In this document: positions 42,943-54,395 of the stretch, piece by piece
Layout: every line of letters starts with the position of its first letter
Numbering within the stretch: the first letter of the stretch is position 1
Source of the DNA: Candidatus Eiseniibacteriota bacterium
GTDB lineage: Bacteria > Eisenbacteria > RBG-16-71-46
DNA: 64,000 nucleotides
NCBI GenBank assembly: GCA_963717935.1
Contig: CAVQXP010000004.1
Coordinates: forward strand, 1,760,001-1,824,000
Direction: 5' to 3'
The notes under the pieces: model-generated
What the model saw: only the letters and a program-made list of their open reading frames with translations
Database searches by the model: none
What the model was told of the DNA's origin: nothing
Translations under genes and position numbers: made by a program

Positions 42943-43410
42943 TCGACGCTCCGCAGGCCGTCACGCACGGATCGAGACGCGACCTTGCGGCCGGGCGCAG
43001 TCCCACGCCCGGTCGTGAGGTGTGAGGCTTCCAGCGTCAACGTCCCCGACTCTCCAGCCGCGTGGCCGGCGCTCGCCACGATGCTCCTGGCCGTGCTGGT
43101 GCTCGCGCCGGTCCGGACGAGCCCCTTCATCTGCCTGCGATCCTGAGCGCGGCTGGGCCCGCCGGGCGGGACCGGCGGGCCGGCGGATCGCCGCCGCGGC
43201 GGTTCTGGCCGATGCGCCCGATTCCCCCTGGAAAGAGCGGGCGGGACGGACTTCTGCAGGCCATTCGGAGCCCGCGTGCCCCCGCCAATTCTGTGGGTGT
43301 GGCCTGGCCCACGTGCGCGGGAGAGGCCTTTTCCGGTAGTCTCACCGGACGTAGTGTGCACTCTGAGTATTCTCGGCTGATTGAAGCCTTGGACATCGAG
43401 GAGAGTGACC

Positions 43411-44807
43411 ATGCCCAGCGTGGAAGAGAAACCCAAGCCGTTCCTGGTGCCCGAGTACTGCAAGGGCTGCGGCCGTTGCGTGAGCGTGTGCACGAAGGGC
43501 TGCATCGCCTTTGCCGACGAGATCAATCCCACCACGGGCCTCGTCCCGGTCGTGCTGGACCTGGAGAAGTGCACGGGCTGTGGCCTGTGCATCGACGCCT
43601 GCCCGGAGCCCTACGGACTGCGCGCCCTGCGCGCAGGGCGAGACCTACGAACTGCAGGACCCCGCCAAGCTGTTCGGGGCCCGGCCGAGCAGTGCCCCTG
43701 AGCCCGTGGACATCCCGGCCCAGCGGGTGCCCCTGCCGAAGACCCAGCCCCTCATCATCAAGGGCAACTACGCGACCGCCGTCGGTGCCCTGCTGGCCGG
43801 CTGCCGCCACTTCTACGGCTACCCCATCACCCCCTCCACCGAGGGCGCGGAGCTGATGGCCAAGCTGCTGCCCAAGCTGAACGGAGTCTTCCTCCAGGCG
43901 GTCTCCGAGGTCGCCACCGTGAACCACATGTACGGCACCGGCGGCGCCGGCATCGGCGTCCCTGACGTTCACCTCCGGCCCCGGCTTCTCGCTGATGCTG
44001 GAGGGCATCTCCTACATGGTGGGTTCCGAGTTGCCCGGCGTGTTCGTGAACATCATGCGCGGCGGCCCCGGCCTCGGGAACATCGCCCCCGAGCAGTCCG
44101 ACGTGAAGCTGGCCTGCCGCGGCCTGGGCCACGGGCACACCCACTGCATCACGCTGATGCCCAGCACCCCGCAGGAGATGCTGGACTACGCCATCCTGGC
44201 GTTCGAGCTGACCTTCAAGTACCGGAACCCGGTCGTCCTGCTGGCCGACGGGTACCTGGGCCAGATGACCGGCAAGGTCCAGCTCCCCGATTACATGGTG
44301 AAGCCGGGCATCCCGAAATGGGCGGTCTACGGTGACAAGGACCATCGCGGGAACCTCATCTCCTCGATCCAGCTCCAGGAGCTCGACTTGGAGAAGTTCA
44401 ACGCGCACCTGGAAGAGAAGTACCAGTCCATGAAGGCGGAGGCGCGGGCCGAGTCCTACATGACGGAGGACGCCGAGGTCCTGCTGGTGGCCTGCAACAC
44501 GCCTGCCCGCGCCGCCAAGGGCGCCGTGAAGAGTCTGCGCGACCAGGGCGTCAAGGTGGGTCTCTTCCGTCCGATCACGATGTGGCCCTTCCCGGTCCGG
44601 CAGCTCGAAGCCCTGCTTCCCGGGGCCAGGCGCATCGTCGTGGTCGAGGCCAACGCGGGCGGCCAGATCATGGACGAACTGCGGCTGAGCATGAGCCAGG
44701 CGGGCGTCGAGAAGCTGCCCCCCCTCACTTACGTGCGCCGGTTCGGCGGGATGCTGCCCCAGCAGACCGAGATCGTCGACCACGTGAACTCCATCCTCGG
44801 CAAATAG
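43411..44807 (+). CDS. 2-oxoacid:ferredoxin oxidoreductase, ferredoxin(delta)-alpha fusion (apparent frameshifts near 43630 and 43955)
   Basis: CKGCGRCVSVC and CTGCGLCIDACP; GYPITPSTE; MRGGPGLGNI.PEQSD; FRPITMWPFP. Confidence 0.88.
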
Positions 44808-44817
44808 GGAGGCCCTC

Positions 44818-46251
<1,434 letters not shown>

Positions 46252-46266
46252 CCCTCATCGGTGCAG

Positions 46267-46296
46267 ACGAAGGCCCGGCGATCGCCGGGCCTTCGT
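46267..46296. terminator. Hairpin after the oxidoreductase operon
   Basis: ACGAAGGCCCGGCG-AT-CGCCGGGCCTTCGT between convergent genes. Confidence 0.75.
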
Positions 46297-46348
46297 GCTA
46301 TCGGAGAGATGGAGTCCGCGGCGTGCTCGCGCGCGGGCCGGAGCGCCA

Positions 46349-46918
46349 TCAGAGCAGGGGGGAAGCGCTCCCGGAAGGTGGATGGGGTCGTCCCGCGTCC
46401 GCTCCACCGGCGCCCGCTCCACCCGGGAAGACCACGCGCTGATAGAACACGAACTTCGCCATCATCGAGACCACCAGGATCCCGACCAGGGCCACGACGT
46501 AGTGGATTCCGAACAGACGATGACAGACGAGGAACGCGACGTATTCGCTGCCACGGAAGCCGCCCGACGCCAGCGCGAAGAGGAGCAACTGCCTGCGGAA
46601 GTCCTGCGCGTGGGCGTCGAATACGAAATAGCGGCAGGCCAGGAAGTTCATGACGAACACGAAGCCGATCGCGATGGCGAGCGCAGCCTCGGGTGCCAGG
46701 TGGAGCCTCTCCGTCAGCAACACGGTCAGGCCGACGTTGGTGAGAAAGCTCACTCCTCCCAGGCCGACGAATCGCAACGCCCTGGGGAGATCGATCTTCA
46801 GGACGCGGTTCCAGAACGGTGCCCGTGGCCCATCGCCGGGGGTCCCCCTCCCGAGCCCGCCGGGACCATCCGCCGCGGCCTGCTCTTCGCCACCCTGCGG
46901 GCCCGGGCCGGGGTGCAC
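46349..46918 (-). CDS. GtrA family flippase-like membrane protein
   Basis: LRFVGLGG, NF...RYFVF and KF..Y...VF pattern with about 4 TM helices. Start uncertain. Confidence 0.8.
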   Translation of the reverse strand: MHPGPGPQGGEEQAAADGPGGLGRGTPGDGPRAPFWNRVLKIDLPRALRFVGLGGVSFLTNVGLTVLLTERLHLAPEAALAIAIGFVFVMNFLACRYFVFDAHAQDFRRQLLLFALASGGFRGSEYVAFLVCHRLFGIHYVVALVGILVVSMMAKFVFYQRVVFPGGAGAGGADAGRPHPPSGSASPLL

Positions 46919-46920
46919 GC

Positions 46921-47841
46921 TCAGGTCGAGCTCCGCTTGTGGATCAAGTCCGCCACCAGGGCGAACGTCGCCATGTTCAGGCTCACAACCAGCAGGATCA
47001 GCGTCTTGTCGGTCAGGTTGTGCAGCCAGAAGATGTCGTAGGTCGCGCTGGCGAAGAACAGGAAGAAGAGGAACAGCGCCGGTGAGATGAAGGTGCGAAA
47101 TGGCGCGAAGTACGTGCCGGTCCGAAGGATGAGCATCAGGAAGCGCATGGTGTCGCGGATCGGGTCGATCTTCGACTTGCCGACCCGTTTCGCGTAACTG
47201 ATGGGGATGTAGCGGACCGTGAAGTAGTTCATGAGGAGGGCGACGGTGATCGTCGTCGTGAAGCTGAATCCGTCCGGCAGCAGGTGAATGAATCGCTCGG
47301 CGAGGTCCTTGCGGAAGACCCGCAGTCCCGAGTTCATGTCGTCGATCCGGCATCGGGTCACCCACTCCGCATAGTGTCGCAGGAGCGTCCGCGGCAGGCG
47401 TCTCAGCCAGGTATCGTGGGCGCCCGGCGCGGTCCGCGCCCCGACCACCATGTGGGCGCCGTCGGTGGCCGCGAGCAGATCGCCGATCCGGTCGTTGGGG
47501 TAGGTGCCGTCGGCATCGGTGATGCAGATCCACTCGTAACGCGAGTGACGAAGCCCGGTCTTGAGCGCCGCGCCGTATCCCCGGTTCGACTCGTGTCGCA
47601 CCACGGAGACGCCCGGCACGCCTCGTGCGGCTGCGCTCGTGCCGTCCGTGGAACCATCGTCGACGACGATGACCTCGAAGGTGACTGCGGGAAGGGAGCT
47701 CAACGTCTCGAGAAGAGACGTGAGCACCGGACGGATCCCATGTTCCTCATTGTAGGCGGGCACGACCACGGAGACAGACCGCTGCGGCGGGTGGCCGGGC
47801 TCGATGCGCGCGTCGGTCGCGGTCGAGCTCACGGCAGCCAT
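46921..47841 (-). CDS. Family 2 glycosyltransferase (polyprenol-phosphate GT-like, C-terminal TMs)
   Basis: SVVVPAYNEE, VDDGSTD, NRGYGAALKTG, DADG and R.GKSKI motifs. Confidence 0.92.
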   Translation of the reverse strand: MAAVSSTATDARIEPGHPPQRSVSVVVPAYNEEHGIRPVLTSLLETLSSLPAVTFEVIVVDDGSTDGTSAAARGVPGVSVVRHESNRGYGAALKTGLRHSRYEWICITDADGTYPNDRIGDLLAATDGAHMVVGARTAPGAHDTWLRRLPRTLLRHYAEWVTRCRIDDMNSGLRVFRKDLAERFIHLLPDGFSFTTTITVALLMNYFTVRYIPISYAKRVGKSKIDPIRDTMRFLMLILRTGTYFAPFRTFISPALFLFFLFFASATYDIFWLHNLTDKTLILLVVSLNMATFALVADLIHKRSST

Positions 47842-48167
47842 CCTGCCGCGGGAGCGTCCGCTACGGGCGCCCAGGGCGGGCCGCATGTGGCCTCGCGGGG
47901 GCGGGGGACCGTGCTGCAGGGGAAGGCCACTTTCAACCTCCACACGCGATGACCCTCGACGCGGCGGGTGTTCGAAGGAGGCCGGACGCCGGCTCCGCAC
48001 GCGCCGACTGCGCTGCGACGCAGAACGAACGAGTCTGGATGGTAGTGCCCTGAGTAGGAGCCTGCAAGCGGGCTCGGCGCTGTTGCGCGAGGCGTTTGCT
48101 TGCGGTACAAGGATTCGAGCGGGCGGCGAAGGGTCGGCCGCGCGCCTCTCTTTCCGAGCAAGGAGCC

Positions 48168-49085
48168 ATGATGGCACCGCGTCCCGAACTCGTCGTCATG
48201 GCCGCCGGCGTGGGCTCACGCTTCGGCGGCCTCAAGCAGCTCGAGCCGGTCGGACCCGGCGGCGAGAAGCTCATCGACTACTCGATCTTCGACGCGCTGC
48301 GCGCCGGCGTGGAGCGCGTGGTCTTCGTCGTCCGCCGCGACCTGGAGGCCGATTTCCACGCGCTCGTGGGCGCGCGCTTCACGGGCCGGGCGGAGGTCGT
48401 GTACGCGCACCAGGAGCTCGACGACGTGCCGGCCGGCTTCGCCCCGCCCGCGGGCCGTGCCAAGCCGTGGGGCACGGCGCACGCGATCCTCGCCGCGCGC
48501 AAGGTCGTGCGTGCGCCCTTCCTGGTCATCAACGCGGACGACTTCTACGGCGCCGCCGCGTACGGCGTCGCGGCTGATTTCCTGCGCGCGCCCGCCGGCG
48601 CGCCGCCCGAGCGGTGGGCGATGGTCGGCTACCACCTGGCCAACACGCTCTCCGCGCACGGCACCGTGTCGCGCGGGGTGTGCACGGTCGGACCCGGCGG
48701 TCTGCTTCGCGACATCGTGGAACGGACCGCGCTCGCGCCGTGCGACGGCGGCGCGCGCGCGACCGGGCCGGACGGCGGCGACCGCCGCTACGCGGGCGAC
48801 ACGCCGGTCTCGATGAACTTCTGGGTGTTCACGCCCGCGATCTTCCCGCACCTCGCGGAGCGCTTCGCCCGCTTCCTGGACGCGGAGGGGCGGGACCTCA
48901 AGTCCGAGTTCTACATCCCGGCCGTCGTGAAAGCGCTCATGGACGAGCGCCTCGCCACGGTGCGTGTGCTCGACTCGCCCGACGCCTGGTTCGGCATGAC
49001 TCACCGCGAGGACCGCGACGCCGTCGCGGCGCGGCTGCGGGAACTGGTCGCCCGTGGCGACTATCCGGCGAGGCTCTGGGGCTAG
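48168..49085 (+). CDS. Sugar-phosphate nucleotidyltransferase
   Basis: MAAG.GSRFGGLKQ, KPWGTAHA, INADDFYG and EFYIP motifs. Confidence 0.88.
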   Translation: MMAPRPELVVMAAGVGSRFGGLKQLEPVGPGGEKLIDYSIFDALRAGVERVVFVVRRDLEADFHALVGARFTGRAEVVYAHQELDDVPAGFAPPAGRAKPWGTAHAILAARKVVRAPFLVINADDFYGAAAYGVAADFLRAPAGAPPERWAMVGYHLANTLSAHGTVSRGVCTVGPGGLLRDIVERTALAPCDGGARATGPDGGDRRYAGDTPVSMNFWVFTPAIFPHLAERFARFLDAEGRDLKSEFYIPAVVKALMDERLATVRVLDSPDAWFGMTHREDRDAVAARLRELVARGDYPARLWG

Positions 49086-49113
49086 GTTGTCCTCTTCTTC
49101 CCTCTGACGGATC

Positions 49114-50757
49114 GTGACGAACGCGATGCCGAAGGCCGACCCTTCCCGACCTGACTGCTGCCGCCCGCCCGGCTGGGCCTGGCTGGCGCTACCGCTCTTC
49201 GCCGGTCTCCTCCTGGCCGGCATGCACGCGCACGAGCTCTGGCGGGACGAGACCCAGGCCTGGGCGGTGACGCGCGACAGCGCATCGCTGGTTGAGTTGC
49301 TGGGGCGGAGCCTGCGGTACGAGGGGCACCCCCCGCTCTGGTACGTGCTCCTCTTCCCGCTGACGCGGCTGACTCATGACCCGCGGGCCATGCAGGTCCT
49401 GCAGGCGCTCATCGCCATGGGTTGCGCCGCGCTGATCCTGGCCCGGGCGCCCTTCCCGCGCTACCAGCGGGTCCTCCTGATCTTCGGGTACTTCCCGTTC
49501 TACGAGTGGGGCGTGCTGTCGCGGAACTACGCGCTCGGGCTCCTGGCGCTGCTGGCGGCGCTGGCGCTCTACCCGCGCCGGCGCGAGCGCCCCGTGGAAC
49601 TGGCCCTGCTGCTGGCGCTGATGGCCCTGAGCAATGCCTACAGTATGATCATCGCCGGGGCATTCGCGGCCGTGCTGATCGGGGAACTGCTGCAGGAGCG
49701 GGCCAGCGGGCGGTCGCCGCCCGGTCGCGGACCGGAGCGGGCGCTGGCCCTGGCGGTGTTTCTGGCCGGCATCGGGCTGGCCCTGGCCTACCTGATCCCG
49801 CCGCACGACCGCTGGTCGGGACAGACCTGGAGCTTCGGCCCGAAGCACCTGGTGGGCGCCGCGGCGGCGGTCTGGAACGGCTGGATGCCGTTGCCGAAGT
49901 TCACCGACTATCACTTCTGGAACACGAACATCCTGACGCTCGGTTCAGCGAACGCTACGCTGGTGGCGCGGGCCCTGCCGGGCGCCGCCCTGGGCCTGCT
50001 CGGGCTGGTGCTGCTGCGCCGCCGGCCCGTGGCGCAGCTCTTCTTCGCCCTGGCCACCGCGGGGATCCTGCTCCTGACCTATGCCCGCTGGCCGGGCTTC
50101 CTCCGGCACCATGGTCACTTCTTCCTGGTCTTCGTGGCCGCGCTCTGGATGGCAGCCCATCAGTCCGACAGCCCGCGGCCCTGGCCGGCGTGGCCGTCCC
50201 GCTTCGACCCGGGTCGGCTGGCACCGCTCATCCTGACCGTCCTGGCCCTGCTGCACGTGACCGCGGCCGCCTGGGCGTTCGGCATGGACCTGGCGTGGCC
50301 CTTCTCGGACAGCCGCGCGGCGGCGCACTGGATCCGGGAGCGCCACCTGGACCGGATGCCGATCGTGGGGAGCCGCGACTACCTGGTCTCGCCGCTCTCC
50401 ACCTACCTGGATCGGCCGATCTACTACCCGGAGTATGGCGCCTGGGGCGGTGGGTGGACGGCGCGCGTCCACGGCCATGGCTATGACCCGCGCCTTGCCC
50501 TCGACGCGGCTCGAAGTCTGGCCGCCAGGCGCGGCACGCCCGTGCTCCTGGTGCTGAGCCAGCCGCTGCCGGATGCCGCAGGGGAGGAGCCGCGGTCCCC
50601 GCTGGCGGCGTTCGACCGGAGCTTCCTGAAGTACGACAGCGGGTTCTCCCGCCTGGAACCCGAGTTCTATTATCTCTACGAGATCGTACCCGGCGACACG
50701 GCGGGCTCCTTGCGAATGGGACGCCCTTCGACGGCCCGGGATTCGGAGCTGCCGTAG
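49114..50757 (+). CDS. Multi-pass membrane protein, probable GT-C fold glycosyltransferase
   Basis: W.DE after the first TM, EGHPPLWY, SR.YAL, about 11 TM helices and a C-terminal soluble domain. Confidence 0.7.
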   Translation: MTNAMPKADPSRPDCCRPPGWAWLALPLFAGLLLAGMHAHELWRDETQAWAVTRDSASLVELLGRSLRYEGHPPLWYVLLFPLTRLTHDPRAMQVLQALIAMGCAALILARAPFPRYQRVLLIFGYFPFYEWGVLSRNYALGLLALLAALALYPRRRERPVELALLLALMALSNAYSMIIAGAFAAVLIGELLQERASGRSPPGRGPERALALAVFLAGIGLALAYLIPPHDRWSGQTWSFGPKHLVGAAAAVWNGWMPLPKFTDYHFWNTNILTLGSANATLVARALPGAALGLLGLVLLRRRPVAQLFFALATAGILLLTYARWPGFLRHHGHFFLVFVAALWMAAHQSDSPRPWPAWPSRFDPGRLAPLILTVLALLHVTAAAWAFGMDLAWPFSDSRAAAHWIRERHLDRMPIVGSRDYLVSPLSTYLDRPIYYPEYGAWGGGWTARVHGHGYDPRLALDAARSLAARRGTPVLLVLSQPLPDAAGEEPRSPLAAFDRSFLKYDSGFSRLEPEFYYLYEIVPGDTAGSLRMGRPSTARDSELP

Positions 50758-50816
50758 GCGGCGCGGTGTTCGAGTCGGCGCCCCCCCACGGCGCCCGGAC
50801 AGGGAGATCCCGACCG

Positions 50817-51740
50817 ATGGACATCCTCGAGGCCATTGGCAACACCTCGATGGTTCGACTTCGCAAGGTCGTTCCAGCCGGCTGCGCGGACATCTTCGTG
50901 AAGCTCGAGTGGGAGAACCCCACCGGCAGTGTGAAGGACCGGATGGCGCGGGCCGTGATCTCGCGGGCGGAGCAGGACGGTCGGCTGAAGCCCGGCGACA
51001 CCGTCGTCGAGTACACCGGTGGCAGCACGGGGGCAGCGCTCGCGCTGGTCTGCGCCGCCAGGGGCTACCGTCTGCAGATCGTCAGCTCCGACGCGTTCAG
51101 CCGGGAGAAGCTGGATCACATGGTGGCGCTGGGTGCGGAGCTGACGATTGTTCGAAGCGAGGGAGGCCTGACCACCAGGAAGCTGATCCAGGACATGATC
51201 GAGGTCGCCCGCGGGTTGAGCCGGGAGCCGCACACGTACTGGACCGACCAGCTCAACAACCAGGACAGCATCGCGGGCTACCACTCGCTGGGCGAGGAGA
51301 TCTGGAGTCAGACGAAGGGGGAGATCGACGCCTTCGTCCACTGCGTGGGCACGGCGGCCTCGTTGCGTGGGGTCGCCACCGTGCTGAAGCGGCACAAACC
51401 GAGCGTCCGGATCGTCGCCGTGGAACCCGCGGAATCCTCGGTGTTGCTGGGAGGTCAGGCCGGGCCTCACAGGATCGAAGGGGTCGGGATCGGCTACACG
51501 CCGCCACTCTGGGAGCCGACGCTCGTGGACGACATCCTGCCGGTCGGAACGGACGCCGCGAAGGACATGGCAAGGCGCATCGCGCGCGAGGAGGCCCTCT
51601 TCGCGGGGACGTCCTCCGGTGCGAACGTCGCCGCCGCGATCCACGTGGCAGAGCGGCTGGGGCCGGATGCCAGGGTGGTCACGCTGATGGTTGACTCCGG
51701 CCTGAAATACGTGAGCACGGATGTATACAGGAGGAGATGA
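50817..51740 (+). CDS. Cysteine synthase family PLP enzyme
   Basis: IGNT, KLE..NPTGSVKDR, EYTGGSTG, HRIEGVG and GTSSGAN motifs. Confidence 0.9.
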   Translation: MDILEAIGNTSMVRLRKVVPAGCADIFVKLEWENPTGSVKDRMARAVISRAEQDGRLKPGDTVVEYTGGSTGAALALVCAARGYRLQIVSSDAFSREKLDHMVALGAELTIVRSEGGLTTRKLIQDMIEVARGLSREPHTYWTDQLNNQDSIAGYHSLGEEIWSQTKGEIDAFVHCVGTAASLRGVATVLKRHKPSVRIVAVEPAESSVLLGGQAGPHRIEGVGIGYTPPLWEPTLVDDILPVGTDAAKDMARRIAREEALFAGTSSGANVAAAIHVAERLGPDARVVTLMVDSGLKYVSTDVYRRR

Positions 51741-51921
51741 GGCTCGGTCCCGGTCACGGCGGGGTTGAACTGACGGCACCAGGCCGCCTGCACGAACCCG
51801 AAGGACTTGTGTCCGGCGGTGGAGGTTCTCGAGCCGCCCTAACCTGTCTCACCTCCGCGCCGCATGCCGAGCAGCACGAGCTAGTCGCGGTTGACGCGGA
51901 CCATGAAGGGGAGACGGCGGG

Positions 51922-53907
51922 TCATGCGGCCTCACGCAACCGGCCTTCAAGCTGCCGCGGCCTCACGCGAATGCGGGGCGGCTTCTGGGGCCGGACGCTC
52001 GCGTCCTTGCGACTGCTATCGTCGCCGCAGTACGGGCAGAAGCCCCAGGCCGGATCGAGCCGACGCCGGCAGTGCTCGCAGTGCTCGCCGACGAAGCTGC
52101 CGCAGGCGGGGCAGTAGTCGAACTCGCGCGCCAGAACCGCCTGGCAGTCCGGGCACACGCGTGCGCCCTCTTCCGACAGGTAGACGACCCGCGCCACCTC
52201 TTCGAGGGTGGTGAGCCCGGCCAACACCTTGCTCAATCCGTCCTCACCGACCGACCGCATCCCGGCCTCGATCGCGGCCTGCCGGATCGTGGAGTCGGGG
52301 GGGCGCTGGTGCACCAGGGCGGCGACGGCCTCGTCCACCTCGAGCACCTCGAAGATCCCGGTGCGGCCGTGGTAGCCGGTCTGACGGCAGTGCTGGCAGC
52401 CGCGGGCGCGGTAGAGCGTGACGGTGCCCTGGCCTGAGCTCCCGGACCCTTCGTCCGAGTGCAGACCGAGGCGGTTCAGGCTCGAGGCGGGCGCCTCGTA
52501 CGGTTCGCGGCACCGCGGGCAGAGCAGGCGCACCAGCCTCATGCTCACCACGCCGACGAGCGAGGAAGCCACCATGAAGGGCTCGAGCCCGAGATCCATG
52601 AGCCGGGTGATTGCGCCGGCGGCGTCGTTGGTGTGCACCGTGCTCAGCACCAGGTGCCCGGTGACCGAGGCGCGGAAGGCGATGCTGGCGGTCTCCTGGT
52701 CGCGGATCTCTCCGATCATGATGACGTCCGGGTCCTGCCGCAGGATGGCGCGCAGCGCGGCTGGGAAGGTCTTCTTGGCCTTCTCGTCCACCTGCACCTG
52801 GTTGATGCCCTGCAAGCGGTACTCCACCGGGTCCTCGACCGTCACGATGTTCTTGGTCTCGTGCTGGACATGACGAAGCGCGGAGTAGAGCAGGGTGGAC
52901 TTGCCCGAGCCGGTCGGACCGGTCGCGAGCAGGATCCCCTGGGGCCGGGCCAGATAGCGATGGAGCCGCCCGAGGTCGTCCGACTGCAGCCCGAGTTCCG
53001 TGAGTTCGATCTGGGCTCGCTGCTGATCCACGACCCGCATCACCACCTTCTCACCGCCGGTGACGGGCAGGGTCGAGACGCGCATGTCCACGCGCCGGCC
53101 GCGGATCTCCAGCATCAGCCGGCCGTCCTGCGGCTGGCGCCTCTCGGCGATGTCGAGGTCGGCGAGCACCTTGATCCGCGAGACGATCGCGCCCTGCGTC
53201 CACTTGGGCAGCCGCTGGATCTCCTGGAGCAACCCGTCCACCCGCAGCCGGACCAACAGCTCGCGGTCCTGGGGCTCGATGTGGATGTCACTCGCGCGCT
53301 CCTCGATCGCGCGGTGGAGCAGCCAGTTCGTGAGCCGCACGATAGGGCGGCCCTCGGACTCCTTGATCAGCACGTCGAGCGCCTCGGGGTGCGCCTCCTC
53401 GGACACGGCGCTCACGCTCAGCTCGGCCTCGGTGTTGATGATGCTCTCCACCACCTCGTTCACCGACGAGTCCAGGTGGTACGCGCGCTGGATGGCGTCG
53501 AGGATGCGCAAGGGCGCGGCGAGGACCGGCTTGATGAAGAGGCCGGAGTGGAATCGCAGGTCCTCGATCGCGGCGACGTTCATCGGGTCGGCCATCGCGA
53601 CGGTCAGCGTGGAGCGACCCTCCAGCTCGAGCGGGAGCGCGATGTACTTGCGGGCGATGTCTTCCTTGACCAGCGCGATCGCCGACTCGTCGGGCACGGT
53701 CTCGTCGAGGTCCACGAGGGGCAGTCCGAGCTGGTTTCGCAGGCACTCGAGCAGGGCCGTTTCGCTGAGCCGGCCGAGCTGGATGAGGGTCGCGCCCAGC
53801 ATCTGGCCTGTGCGGCGCTGCTCGTCGACGGCCTCGGCGAGATCACGGGGCGTGATGAGCTGCGCTTCGAGCAGCAGCTGGCCGAGGCGCTTGCGTTCTC
53901 TCGCCAT
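51922..53907 (-). CDS. PilB/GspE-family secretion ATPase with N-terminal MshEN domain and C-terminal double zinc ribbon
   Basis: RLGQLL..., ASDIHIEP, GPTGSGKS, LRQDPDVIMIGEIRD, TGHLVLST.HTN, CPRC/CQHC, then four extra CxxC pairs. Confidence 0.92.
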   Translation of the reverse strand: MARERKRLGQLLLEAQLITPRDLAEAVDEQRRTGQMLGATLIQLGRLSETALLECLRNQLGLPLVDLDETVPDESAIALVKEDIARKYIALPLELEGRSTLTVAMADPMNVAAIEDLRFHSGLFIKPVLAAPLRILDAIQRAYHLDSSVNEVVESIINTEAELSVSAVSEEAHPEALDVLIKESEGRPIVRLTNWLLHRAIEERASDIHIEPQDRELLVRLRVDGLLQEIQRLPKWTQGAIVSRIKVLADLDIAERRQPQDGRLMLEIRGRRVDMRVSTLPVTGGEKVVMRVVDQQRAQIELTELGLQSDDLGRLHRYLARPQGILLATGPTGSGKSTLLYSALRHVQHETKNIVTVEDPVEYRLQGINQVQVDEKAKKTFPAALRAILRQDPDVIMIGEIRDQETASIAFRASVTGHLVLSTVHTNDAAGAITRLMDLGLEPFMVASSLVGVVSMRLVRLLCPRCREPYEAPASSLNRLGLHSDEGSGSSGQGTVTLYRARGCQHCRQTGYHGRTGIFEVLEVDEAVAALVHQRPPDSTIRQAAIEAGMRSVGEDGLSKVLAGLTTLEEVARVVYLSEEGARVCPDCQAVLAREFDYCPACGSFVGEHCEHCRRRLDPAWGFCPYCGDDSSRKDASVRPQKPPRIRVRPRQLEGRLREAA

Positions 53908-54205
53908 CCTTGGGCTCCTGGGGGTGAGATGGTCGGTCGGGGCAAAATGCCAAGTGGGTTATCGGCACGGTGGTGACGCGGGTTCACGAGGTTCGGTGGG
54001 GCCTCCCGGGGCGGGAAACGCTTGCCACGCCGCGCTCTCGGGACCAGGCCGGGCCCCCCGTCCCAGGTCCGTCCGGCTCGTGGCACGAGGAGCCCGTTCC
54101 GGCCCGGGACGCCGTGTCCGCCGGCTCGCAGCGCGCTCGGATGCGGCGGCGATTCCGGCCGGTGTCCCCAGGTTCAGGACTTCGACCTGGCCCGCGAGGT
54201 CTCTT

Positions 54206-54230
54206 TTCTTGGAAAGATTCTTGGAAAGAT
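54206..54230. repeat. Tandem 12-bp direct repeat TTCTTGGAAAGA x2
   Basis: Read directly; AT-rich patch in a divergent intergenic region. Confidence 0.8.
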
Positions 54231-54395
54231 GGGACGTCTCCGCCAAGGTCACGGTGCCGGCGGACGGCAGGGTCTGCGGCGGGCACTCACGGCAGCCGAG
54301 CCCCCGAGGTGGGACTTGCGCAATCGGGCCGAGCATCTGATAGTCGGCCGTGTAGGCGCACGTCGCGTGTCCCGCATCACCCCGGGAGGTGCACT

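Noticed and set aside
43015..43146. Small ORF with VPDS plus a hydrophobic stretch, resembling a VPDSG-CTERM tail
   Set aside because: No RBS, no basic tail and no upstream domain; at most a remnant.
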